This document shows, one piece after another, positions 44,900-54,674 of a DNA stretch of 63,098 nucleotides. Source of the DNA: Thecamonas trahens ATCC 50062 (lineage: Eukaryota > Protista > Apusomonadida); assembly GCF_000142905.1 (NCBI RefSeq), contig NW_013657619.1, forward strand, positions 1 through 63,098, read 5' to 3'. A model generated the notes under the pieces. That model was not told the DNA's origin, made no database searches, and saw only the letters and a program-made list of their open reading frames with translations. The position numbers and the translations under genes were made by a program. Numbering within the stretch: the first letter of the stretch is position 1; each line of letters opens with the position of its first letter.

Positions 44900-45297
44900 C
44901 CGCTCTCTTTCCTTCCCTGCGTCAACTGTGGCACCGTCTGGCCAACTGCCCAGCCAGCCGTCGGCGTGGGTTGGACAGACACCCTCGCATCAACCACAAC
45001 CAGCCACCATCAGTCAACCATCAGTCAGCCATCAGTCAGCCATCAACCACCATCAGCACACTCCACATCCCCGACAGCACACATTCCCCCCCCCTCCTTC
45101 CCCCCCCCTCTTCCCCCCCTCTTCCGCCTCTTCCTCCAATCCCTCTACACCCCCCCTCCCCCCTCTACCAATTTGTTTCCATTCCACCCCCCACCCCCCA
45201 CCACCTCCCCGGCCACCACCTCTTCCCTCTCCTACCCGCCCCCCTCCCCCACCCACTCCACGTCTTTCCACACCTCACGCTACACATAGACACAGAC

Positions 45298-46068
45298 ATG
45301 CGGGAGATAGCACGTGACGCTGTGGACGGACTCTACCGTGAGTACGTCTCGCGGTTCTTCTTTGGCCTCCGCATCCTCACATACGAGCGCAACTTGCTTG
45401 TCTCGGAGCTGGCTCGGGTGGCGCCGGCCGCTGCGGCGCATCGTGACCCGCTGGTCCTGGTCGTCCGCATGGACTACGACAAGAAGAAGGCTTCGAGTTG
45501 GGCACTTCGTCGCGTTTCCAAAATTGTTGCCTCCGCAAAGCCTCTTGTTCGCATCCGCACCTTGCTCTCCGAGAGTGAGCTCTCTTCGCCGGACAAGATC
45601 AATGCTGTTGTATTGGATGTCGCGGCTGCCTACGACCGCTGGTCGCTGCAGGTGGCCATGTATGATGGCGCGCCGCTCGATCGAGACTCGCGCTCGTTCT
45701 TCTTTGAACAGATCAACAACCTGTCGTCGCTGGAGGAGGTCTTCTCGGACCCCATGGGCATCGGCGCAAAGTTCCTCAAGGACTACTTTGCCGAGCTCGA
45801 GCTCGTCGACCTGCTCAGCAACGATCCGGGCGCAGATGATGAGCGCGCTACCCAGGACACTGTCCACCACGACCAGGAAGACGATCACGAGGAGGCCGAC
45901 GACGCTCTGGAGCCTGCACCCGAGGAGCTCGCCGCCGCCGCCCAGGCCAAGGCCAAGGCCAAGGCCGCCGCTGACGCCGTTGCTGACGCAACCTCGGCCG
46001 CTGCCGCGCCCGTTCCCATGGACCTTGCCTCTGCCAAGCCGCGGGCGCCGAGCCCGGATCCTGCCGCT
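45298..46068 (+). CDS. Hypothetical protein, 3' end lost in the gap
   Basis: Open frame with strong GC3 codon bias from ATG 45298 into the N-gap. No family recognised. Confidence 0.65.
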
Positions 46069-46946
46069 NNNNNNNNNNNNNNNNNNNNNNNNNNNNNNNN
46101 NNNNNNNNNNNNNNNNNNNNNNNNNNNNNNNNNNNNNNNNNNNNNNNNNNNNNNNNNNNNNNNNNNNNNNNNNNNNNNNNNNNNNNNNNNNNNNNNNNNN
46201 NNNNNNNNNNNNNNNNNNNNNNNNNNNNNNNNNNNNNNNNNNNNNNNNNNNNNNNNNNNNNNNNNNNNNNNNNNNNNNNNNNNNNNNNNNNNNNNNNNNN
46301 NNNNNNNNNNNNNNNNNNNNNNNNNNNNNNNNNNNNNNNNNNNNNNNNNNNNNNNNNNNNNNNNNNNNNNNNNNNNNNNNNNNNNNNNNNNNNNNNNNNN
46401 NNNNNNNNNNNNNNNNNNNNNNNNNNNNNNNNNNNNNNNNNNNNNNNNNNNNNNNNNNNNNNNNNNNNNNNNNNNNNNNNNNNNNNNNNNNNNNNNNNNN
46501 NNNNNNNNNNNNNNNNNNNNNNNNNNNNNNNNNNNNNNNNNNNNNNNNNNNNNNNNNNNNNNNNNNNNNNNNNNNNNNNNNNNNNNNNNNNNNNNNNNNN
46601 NNNNNNNNNNNNNNNNNNNNNNNNNNNNNNNNNNNNNNNNNNNNNNNNNNNNNNNNNNNNNNNNNNNNNNNNNNNNNNNNNNNNNNNNNNNNNNNNNNNN
46701 NNNNNNNNNNNNNNNNNNNNNNNNNNNNNNNNNNNNNNNNNNNNNNNNNNNNNNNNNNNNNNNNNNNNNNNNNNNNNNNNNNNNNNNNNNNNNNNNNNNN
46801 NNNNNNNNNNNNNNNNNNNNNNNNNNNNNNNNNNNNNNNNNNNNNNNNNNNNNNNNNNNNNNNNNNNNNNNNCGGTCGCCAGCGGCCCGGCCGCCTCATC
46901 CAAGCGCCGCAAGCGGGCGTAGCGACATGCATTGCTGTCGCTCCCT

Positions 46947-47753
46947 TTACTTCCGCCTCCCCCACCACTCGCGCCCGGCCCGCAGAAAGCTGACCAGATG
47001 CAGCGCGGCGCCGATGGCGGCCACGTCACGGAGCCCGGCCCGCGTCCGCGACACCTTCTTCCTCCCTTTCAGCACTTGCTCCTCCTTCAAACGCTCCACC
47101 ACCGGTGCCGCAGCCCGCGCCTCGCCCAGTGCCGCCTGCCATGCCACAACCCGCCCCAGCCCGACCTGATCGTCCAGCCACACACCCTCGTCCCACATAA
47201 CCAGCTGTGGCAGATCGACATGGTCGGCGCCGGGCTCGGCACTCGCTGGTACCAGCACTCCACGCCCGATCCGCTTCATCTTGCTCTCGGCCATCGCCAT
47301 CTTGGTTCCGGCCTTGGTCCTCCCGAGCAGGATGTTGGCGATCCGCACCGTTGCACCGCGGCTCCGTGCCACACCCACCGGCGGCAGCGTCAGCACCACC
47401 ACCTCGGGTGCATGTTGCGCCATCAGCCCCTCCAGCGCCCGCTCCACATCAAACGACTCCATCCTGCCCGGGAAGATCGACGTCGCCACCGGGACCACGC
47501 CCTCCTCCAGCCCGTCCCACGCATCGCCGCCGCCTGCGCCAGCCACCGCCACGCCGAGCGTCCCTCGCGTCACATACAGCGACATCAGTCTCTGCGGAGC
47601 ATTTTCTGTAGCGCCCACCTCTTCCGATGAGCCCTCGCCATTCTTCCCGCGAGCACCGCCCACGCCCGCCAGCACCGCCATGACCGAGCTCGCCCGCACC
47701 ACGCCAGCAACAGAGCCACACCTTTGTAGCAGCCACCGTGTAGCACCAAGCAT
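46947..47753 (-). CDS. YqgF/RNase H-like fold protein with putative mitochondrial transit peptide
   Basis: LMSLYV.RGTLGVAVA (beta1-2), LEGLMAQHAPEVVVLTLP, LVMWDEG and DVAAIGAALHLVSFL mirror YqgF motifs; Arg-rich MLGATRWLLQR N-terminus. Confidence 0.55.
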   Translation of the reverse strand: MLGATRWLLQRCGSVAGVVRASSVMAVLAGVGGARGKNGEGSSEEVGATENAPQRLMSLYVTRGTLGVAVAGAGGGDAWDGLEEGVVPVATSIFPGRMESFDVERALEGLMAQHAPEVVVLTLPPVGVARSRGATVRIANILLGRTKAGTKMAMAESKMKRIGRGVLVPASAEPGADHVDLPQLVMWDEGVWLDDQVGLGRVVAWQAALGEARAAAPVVERLKEEQVLKGRKKVSRTRAGLRDVAAIGAALHLVSFLRAGREWWGRRK

Positions 47754-47819
47754 TCTCCACAACGACTGTGAACCTTGTCCGCTCTGCGCTTTCCCCTCGC
47801 CACCCGCGACGTGCTCGAG

Positions 47820-49031
47820 TTAGGTGCCTCTGCTGCTCGCCCTCCTCGCCCCGCCCCTGCCGCCAGCCCACCCACTCGCTCACCCATCGCGTTCAATGCC
47901 ACCATCGCTCTCTCCGGCATCTGCACGGATCCATTCACATGCATTGTCAGACTCTTGCTGGCCTTATCACTGATCAGCTCAACTTCTGTGGTCTCGATGA
48001 GGCGTGCCGTGGAGCTCGAGCGATCGCGCGGCTTCGCGCCGGTGGTGAAGGAGGACAAGCTCGGCGAGGTCAGATTCATCGGCAGACGGCGCAGCGAGGG
48101 TCTCCTTACGAGGAGGCACGCCGTAGCGCGATCGTAGAAACGGCTGCGGAGGCGCCGGTGGATCGGACGAAGCGCTGCGAAGCGCAACATGCGCCAGGTG
48201 GACAACGATGGCTGCCGACGGCGGCGCGTGCTCGGTCGCCACCGTATTGATGGCCGCAACCGAGGCTCGTCTCGACTTCCGCGCCGGCCTCGCCCGCAGC
48301 GGCCGCGGCTCGAGCGACGACGACGACGTGCAAGATGCAGTCGATACCGACGAGGACCACGAGCCGAGCGGGCTGGTCGAGCCCACAGACCCAATCGACG
48401 CCCTCCGACCTGGCCGGCCCCGAAGCGCCGCGTACATCCGCCCCGCTGACTCGGCCGTCCTCAGCGCAGTCGGCGAGTCGGCAACAAGCGACGCAACCGA
48501 CGACGACGGTACCGAGACAAGCCCAGCCCCAGGCGCAACATCTTCCACATCCACCAGCCCCGGCGCCTCGTCCTTCAACGCCCGCGCCTCATCGCATCGC
48601 CTCCGCAGCGACACCAGCTTCCGACGTTCCACCACCTCGCTCGTCGACTTGCTCGTGCTCATCGCCAAGCCGCTCTTGGACTTGGACCGACCCTTTTCGC
48701 CGGTCACTCTGGGACGCACCTCCGGCATCGATCCATGCGTCGCGCTCGACCAGCTCCTGCGCTCTGCGCTCCTTCTTCGCCGAGAAGAGCCTCCCTTCCG
48801 CCTCTTCTCACCGCCCTCCTCGTCCCCAGTCTCCAGAAGCACGCCCAGTCGAGCGGCAAGCTTGGCTCGCCGGCTCCGAGAAAGTGGTCGCGAGCGAGTG
48901 CCGAGACTGCCGCCGCTTCCGCTGCTCGCTCCACCACCGGAGGCGCGCCCGGCGCTCAGCCCATGACGACCACGCTCTCGGCGCGGCGGCGAGAGTGAGC
49001 CATCCACTCCCAGCCATACCGGCATAGCCAT
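47820..49031 (-). CDS. Hypothetical Ser/Arg-rich protein (possible frameshift near 48139; 3' end uncertain)
   Basis: 350-aa ORF 49031-47979, apparently continued in the -1 frame (FYDRATACLL...). No family recognised. Confidence 0.45.
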
Positions 49032-49371
49032 GGCCTTCCCCCTTCACTTGCTTGTTGTCAAAGACAAGTCTGTCCCACCCATCAGCGCAGCTACCCTCCT
49101 CCACCCCTCCCTCTCTCGCCCTTCTCGCCACGTGCGCTCAGCCTCAGCATGCGCCGAAACAGGGCCAAACGTCTTTTTTTTTTTCTGTGAATTCACTCCG
49201 CCGCATGCGTCTTCCGCACGCGTATACGGACAAGTACAATTTTTCCCCACCCCCCACCCCCCACCCCCCCCCCCCCCCCCCACCCTCACCGCCACCCTTC
49301 GCTCCAGTCAGCTGCCAACCGACCACCCAAAGGGGCCAAGAACGAGGGAGACGAGACACCACGCGTCGTGC

Positions 49372-52300
49372 ATGTCAGCCAAGATCACCCACTTTAACGG
49401 GTGGTTGGCTGGGTGGCGGGTACCGCAGCTGGGTGCTACCCTCCGAGCATGGGTGACGCATGCGACTCGGGAACGCTACGCACCGGTGAAGAAGCTGCGG
49501 GAAGACCTGGCCGACTCGGTCGTCTTGCTCCATCTCGTCTCTGAAGCCGTGGGAAGCAACTTGTTTGCTCGTGATGACATTGTGCCTCGGCCGACGAGTG
49601 GTGCTGACATTGCGCAAAACATCAATGTCATCATTGCTGTCCTGGCTGATCACGGCATCGTACACATGGCTGATCTCTCGGCGAGCAAGCTCGCTCGCTC
49701 CGCTACCGATGCCTACCTCGTCTTTGTCCTCCACATCGCCCGCCTCTACTACAAGCGGCGACTCTTCCCACACAACGAGCCTGCGTCAGTCAAGTCGTCC
49801 AAGCTCGCCAAGATGCCTTCGCTCGTCCGCGTTGTGAGGAGGCACATCCTCAATCCGGCCACCAACCCGCTGCTGGCCCAGATCAAGGGTCTGCCCGGCG
49901 GCGACGCTGTCCTCACCGCCGCCAAGGCCATGTCTAACCTCCACTCGGACTGGGCCTCGGGCACGCTCTTCTACATGCTTGTCTTCTCCTTCTTCCCCGG
50001 CGACTTTTCGCCGTCAGACCTGCTCTCCTGCACCCCGACCGAGCGCTACGGCCTCGCCTACCACAAGCTCGCTGACGAGCTGGGCATCCAGCCGCTGCTC
50101 TCCTCGGCCGCCATCGTCTCGCGGCCCGAGGAGCATTCGCTCTATGTCATCGTCGCCTACACCTTCTACGAGCTCTCGATGCACCAAGGCGGCGGCATTG
50201 GCCTCGACTCACGGACAAAGTCCATCGTCACCAGCCTGCGCGAGGAGCTGTTGCAGGTCAAAACGGCCGAAGCCGATGTCACCTCGGAGCTCGAGCGCCT
50301 CTCACTCGCTGTTCAGGCGCTCACTCGCGAGCGCGACGCGCTTGCCGAGGCCAGCAAGGCCGAGCTCGACCCCAATGACGCCTCGGTCCAGTACCTGGTC
50401 CACGCCCAGGCCGAGGCCAAAGCCTCCGAGGATGCCGCCGTCATAGAGCGGCTCCACGCCGACCTTTCCGTTGCCATTGCTGACCGCGACAGCCTCTCCA
50501 CCAAAAACGTGGCCCTCGCCGACGCTGCCGCCGCCGCCAACGCTTACGCTGCCGAGCTCTCCTCGCTCGTCCTCTCGAGGCTCAACAAGTGGTTCCGACA
50601 CACCACCATGTTCTCTGATCGCTGCCGCGCCATTGTTGCCGCTGCCGACGACCTCCGCATGAAGTCGCGCATTCTGCGCCAGGCCGCCAGCCTCGGCCTC
50701 GCTCCGCCGCTCGCGCCGGGGCGTCCACTTCGTTTCAATCTCTCGCAGGGCTCACTCGCCGGCACCGCCGATTGCTCTGCCGTTCTCGTTGTTCGCGTCA
50801 ACATCCGCCCGTTTCTCTGGGACGACGTCTCCTCGCTCGTCCATCCGCTCAAGGCCGCGAGTCAAGTCCATCACACTGCCCGTGCCCGCCTCGACATTCT
50901 TGCCGCTAACTATGCCGGCGTTCTGCTCCCGGCTGAACTCGTCGGCGGGGTCAGTGGCCACGAGCAGCTCGCGACCGAACACTCACTCTCCATGTCGCGC
51001 ACCGACATCGGCTCGCCAGCTTCGCCGGCCTTTCCGGGCACACCCGCCGACTCGCCGGCCGGCACCCCGACCTCGGGCTCGATCACACTCATGACGACTG
51101 ACGTTGTCGAGCCTGGGCCGGACGCTGACAGCCCGTCGCGGCCAACCTCAGTCCTCGCGGGAACGTACGCGTACGCCTTTCCCACTCCGATCGACGCGCT
51201 TCGTGCCGCGCTCGACATGAAAATCCACCTCGAGTCGCGGGCGCCACCTGATGGCGCTGTCGTTGCGCCGCGGGTCACCAACGTCCTTGCTGGCGTCGGT
51301 GCCGACAAAGCGGTGTCAGACGCAGAGGCTGCGGCCGGCGTCGGCGGAACGTCGTCGTCGGCGACCGCAAAGACAATGCTATCCGGTGCGTTGGATCCGG
51401 TGAGTGACAACTACCTGCTGCTCTCGATGGCGCTGACTGAGGCGCCCAAGACCGCCACCGCGCCGGCCCGCGAGGCCGCAGCCTCGTCGCTCGCGCTGCT
51501 CTCTATCGCCCCGCTCGGCGGCCTGCTGCTCGACTCGCGGCCGTACGACGCATGCCGGCCCAAGCTCAACAACATCACCACTCTCGCGGCCATCAAGGCT
51601 CACTCGCTCGGGAAGCGGACGTTTGTCTCGATCGATAACCCGATGCATGTCTTCGAGCTCAACATCGAGCCTACGCCGCTCGGCAACAACACCGTTGACT
51701 CGAGTCTGGCCTCCATGGGGCCATTCCTCTTCCCGGACACGTCGGGAGCGCTCGAGTCGGCTGTCGGCGATGCAGCACCGGGCGCACTCCCGCCCCCGCC
51801 GTCCAGCCCAGCCGAGGCGATCACCATATTCTGCGACTGTCTCACCTCATTTGCCGCTGCTTCGGAGACCATCTCGGCTGAGCTGGCCGCCATCCTGGAT
51901 CTCGAGTCAGCGTTTTTCGAGACGCAGCGCTCGCTGCGGCGCGAGGTCGAGGCGGCAACCAAGGCCGCAAAGCGGCCGCGGGCCAAGCGCGACCCGCTCG
52001 AGCTCCGCGACGCAAAGTCCGAGCTGAGCAAGGCGAGGAGCCAGTTGAAAGAGTCGATGCAGCTGTGCAATGTGCTCGCCGCCGCCAATGCCGCCCACGA
52101 GGCCCAAATTGCGGCGCTCGAGAACTCACTCGCCCAGTACCGCTCCAACTTTACCACCAACCTCAAGTCACAGGCTGCGCCGTCGGCGTCGCCGGGTGCC
52201 GAAGCCGCCGACAACATGCTCCGCATGGGCCGCATGCGTGTCGCTTTTGCCTCGGAGCGCTCAAAGTACGAGCAGTCCATCGCCATGCTTAACGCCAAGG

Positions 52301-54657
52301 TCGGCCGCCTCACCCGCCTCCTCCGCTCGGCCAACTACGATCCGTCATCACCGGCGGGTGGGGCCGGGCCGAGCGGCTCGCGTCCCGCGGCGCGCCTCGG
52401 CAACCGCCGCACCTGGCGCTCCGGCACCGACCTTGCCAACCCCCTTCTTGCCGAAGATCCGGGTCTTGTCCTCGACGTGACCCGGTCAGAGCGCGAGCTC
52501 GATGGCGGGCTGGCGTCGCCAGCATCGGGCGAGTCGACACCACCAGGCTCGCGCTCGCGCTCGCCGCGCCCGTCCATGGCACTTGTCGCCGGCGTTCACG
52601 TCGAGCCCATTGCCGTCCCACGCGGTAACGAAGTCCCTGTTCTCCCGGTCATCCGCGGGTCCAGGAAGCGCGGCTCGTTGCCCGACGGCTCGCCGGTCAT
52701 GCGCCAGCGGCGGACCGGTTCAGTCGATTTTGCGTCGCGACACTCCCCACAGGGCTTGCGCCCGCCCAAGGCGCCGCGCTCACGGTCCAAGTCGCCGCGC
52801 GGGGCCGGGCGGACACTCTCGCCGCTCGCCGTCGTCTCGCCCGATGATGGCGAGCCATCGTCATCGTCGGTGAGCAACGTACCCGTCCGCGGCGCCTCGG
52901 GCTCGGGGCACTATGACAGCACGCCCGGCTCGCCCGACGTTTCGTCGTCAGGCTCGTTACGAGTCTGCATGCGCAAGCACTCTGATGGTGCCGCCCTTGC
53001 CGACGCTGTCGTTGTCGCCCGCCGTCACCGCCGCCGTCGCTCAACTGCAGAGTCCATGTCGTCTATCGACGAGATTATGTCCGACTCACAGGGCGTGCTT
53101 GATGCCATCCACGACGCCCGCGCCCGAATGATCAAACGGTCGTCTGGCCGTGGCATTGCCCAGCTCAGGGCGGCCCACTCGCGCCGCAATCGTGACGCGC
53201 GATCGTCGCTCAAAGCCAAGGCCAAGGCCAAAGCCAAGACCAAATCAAAGGCTAAGGACAAGGACAAGGACAAGGAGATGGGCAAGGACAAGTCCAAGGC
53301 CAAAGGCAAGGCCAAGACCAAGGACAAGGGCAAGGGCAAAGACAAGTCCAAGGGGAAGACAAAGGGCAAAGATCGTGCGCACGCTCTGGCCGCGCTCGGC
53401 GAATCGGACCACATCCGTGCTCACGGCAGCAGGACGCCAACCTCGGCAGCAGCGTACGCGCTTGCGACCACGACGCGCCGCCCGTCCGAGCCTGCGATGG
53501 CCTTTCAGCGAGAGTCTTCCGCCGAATCACTTGTGCCGTCGCGCCGCGGCAAGACACGTACACGGGCTGGGACAATGTCACCAACGGTCTCGCCCAACTC
53601 GTCGTTGTGGCAGTCCGCGAGTATCGCTCTGCCCACAGCTACTGCAGCCGCCACATCGCCCAACGGCGTCGACCAGGCTGCGGACCGCTTTGCGCTCCCG
53701 GCAAGGTCCAAGTCGCGTTCAGACTTGTTGCCGAACCAGAAGGCCAGCAGAAGGGGTAAGTCGCGGACACGCGACGACGGCCCTCTAGGCCGCAAGCTCG
53801 GGCGCAACTTTTCAGGCACCCAGGTGAGGGGCGGTGGTAAGTCGTCGCGGTCCCGGTCCCGGTCGCGGCAGTCCAACTCGCGCGACGTCTCGTCATCAGG
53901 CCTTCTCGAACGCGAGTCGTCGGGCGAGAACGTGCTCTCGCCGTCGCACTCACGGTCGGAGCTCTCGCTGTCGCGGCGGTCGGCATCAGCACTTTCTTCG
54001 TCGGGCGAGCGCTCGTCGGTCTCGCAAACAGCAGTGGCGCCAGTCATGCGTAGCACTGTGGAGGGAACGTCAGTCAAGCGGAGGAAGCAAGTCATGACGG
54101 CCGAAGAGGCCGAGCAGAAGAAGACTCTCCCGCGGACCCGGTCGCTCCAGTCGTCGCCGTCCAACTCGCGCTCGAGTCTCCACGCCGGTGGAATTGGGAG
54201 CAGGAGCGGCGCAAATCTGGCGCCATCGGTCCATTCGCTCGCCGATATGTTTGTCCCGGGCCTCGACACCATCTCGTCGGGCACGTCGTCGTTCCGTAGC
54301 GACTCTGACTCGAATGATGATTGCCTCCCCCTCTCGTCCAACTCCTCGCAGAGTTCGCCGGCGGCACGGCGCTCGCAAAGAACGCGGGCTCGGTCCAGGT
54401 CACACACTAAGACTGCCACATCCAGCGTCAATGTGCTCGGCAAGGCCAAGACCAAAGCCGCCGCCAAAGGAAGGGGCAAGGGCAAAGGCAAGAGCAAGGG
54501 AAAAAGCAAGGGCAAGGGTAAGGGTAAGGGCAAGGGCAAGGGCAAGGGCAAGGGCAAGGGCAACGATATGCCCGATGGCCTCCCTGCTGACGTCTTCGAT
54601 ACTTCGTTCCGGGCCGCGTCGCGTGTGTATTCAACCAACGTCCCGAGGCGTCGGTAG
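49372..54657 (+). CDS. Large protein: tandem calponin-homology domains, coiled coils, degenerate class III nucleotidyl-cyclase-like domain, long disordered basic tail
   Basis: CH1: LRAWV..V.KLREDLADSVVLLHLV..QNIN. CH2: SNLHSDWASGTLF..P....L...AY..ADELGIQPLL....PEEHS. Cyclase-like: LW..., YAYAFPTPIDALRAALDM, LSMAL, APLGGLLLD, LGKRTF...MHVFEL. Confidence 0.8.
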   Translation: MSAKITHFNGWLAGWRVPQLGATLRAWVTHATRERYAPVKKLREDLADSVVLLHLVSEAVGSNLFARDDIVPRPTSGADIAQNINVIIAVLADHGIVHMADLSASKLARSATDAYLVFVLHIARLYYKRRLFPHNEPASVKSSKLAKMPSLVRVVRRHILNPATNPLLAQIKGLPGGDAVLTAAKAMSNLHSDWASGTLFYMLVFSFFPGDFSPSDLLSCTPTERYGLAYHKLADELGIQPLLSSAAIVSRPEEHSLYVIVAYTFYELSMHQGGGIGLDSRTKSIVTSLREELLQVKTAEADVTSELERLSLAVQALTRERDALAEASKAELDPNDASVQYLVHAQAEAKASEDAAVIERLHADLSVAIADRDSLSTKNVALADAAAAANAYAAELSSLVLSRLNKWFRHTTMFSDRCRAIVAAADDLRMKSRILRQAASLGLAPPLAPGRPLRFNLSQGSLAGTADCSAVLVVRVNIRPFLWDDVSSLVHPLKAASQVHHTARARLDILAANYAGVLLPAELVGGVSGHEQLATEHSLSMSRTDIGSPASPAFPGTPADSPAGTPTSGSITLMTTDVVEPGPDADSPSRPTSVLAGTYAYAFPTPIDALRAALDMKIHLESRAPPDGAVVAPRVTNVLAGVGADKAVSDAEAAAGVGGTSSSATAKTMLSGALDPVSDNYLLLSMALTEAPKTATAPAREAAASSLALLSIAPLGGLLLDSRPYDACRPKLNNITTLAAIKAHSLGKRTFVSIDNPMHVFELNIEPTPLGNNTVDSSLASMGPFLFPDTSGALESAVGDAAPGALPPPPSSPAEAITIFCDCLTSFAAASETISAELAAILDLESAFFETQRSLRREVEAATKAAKRPRAKRDPLELRDAKSELSKARSQLKESMQLCNVLAAANAAHEAQIAALENSLAQYRSNFTTNLKSQAAPSASPGAEAADNMLRMGRMRVAFASERSKYEQSIAMLNAKVGRLTRLLRSANYDPSSPAGGAGPSGSRPAARLGNRRTWRSGTDLANPLLAEDPGLVLDVTRSERELDGGLASPASGESTPPGSRSRSPRPSMALVAGVHVEPIAVPRGNEVPVLPVIRGSRKRGSLPDGSPVMRQRRTGSVDFASRHSPQGLRPPKAPRSRSKSPRGAGRTLSPLAVVSPDDGEPSSSSVSNVPVRGASGSGHYDSTPGSPDVSSSGSLRVCMRKHSDGAALADAVVVARRHRRRRSTAESMSSIDEIMSDSQGVLDAIHDARARMIKRSSGRGIAQLRAAHSRRNRDARSSLKAKAKAKAKTKSKAKDKDKDKEMGKDKSKAKGKAKTKDKGKGKDKSKGKTKGKDRAHALAALGESDHIRAHGSRTPTSAAAYALATTTRRPSEPAMAFQRESSAESLVPSRRGKTRTRAGTMSPTVSPNSSLWQSASIALPTATAAATSPNGVDQAADRFALPARSKSRSDLLPNQKASRRGKSRTRDDGPLGRKLGRNFSGTQVRGGGKSSRSRSRSRQSNSRDVSSSGLLERESSGENVLSPSHSRSELSLSRRSASALSSSGERSSVSQTAVAPVMRSTVEGTSVKRRKQVMTAEEAEQKKTLPRTRSLQSSPSNSRSSLHAGGIGSRSGANLAPSVHSLADMFVPGLDTISSGTSSFRSDSDSNDDCLPLSSNSSQSSPAARRSQRTRARSRSHTKTATSSVNVLGKAKTKAAAKGRGKGKGKSKGKSKGKGKGKGKGKGKGKGKGNDMPDGLPADVFDTSFRAASRVYSTNVPRRR

Positions 54658-54674
54658 TGGTAATGAAAGCTTAG

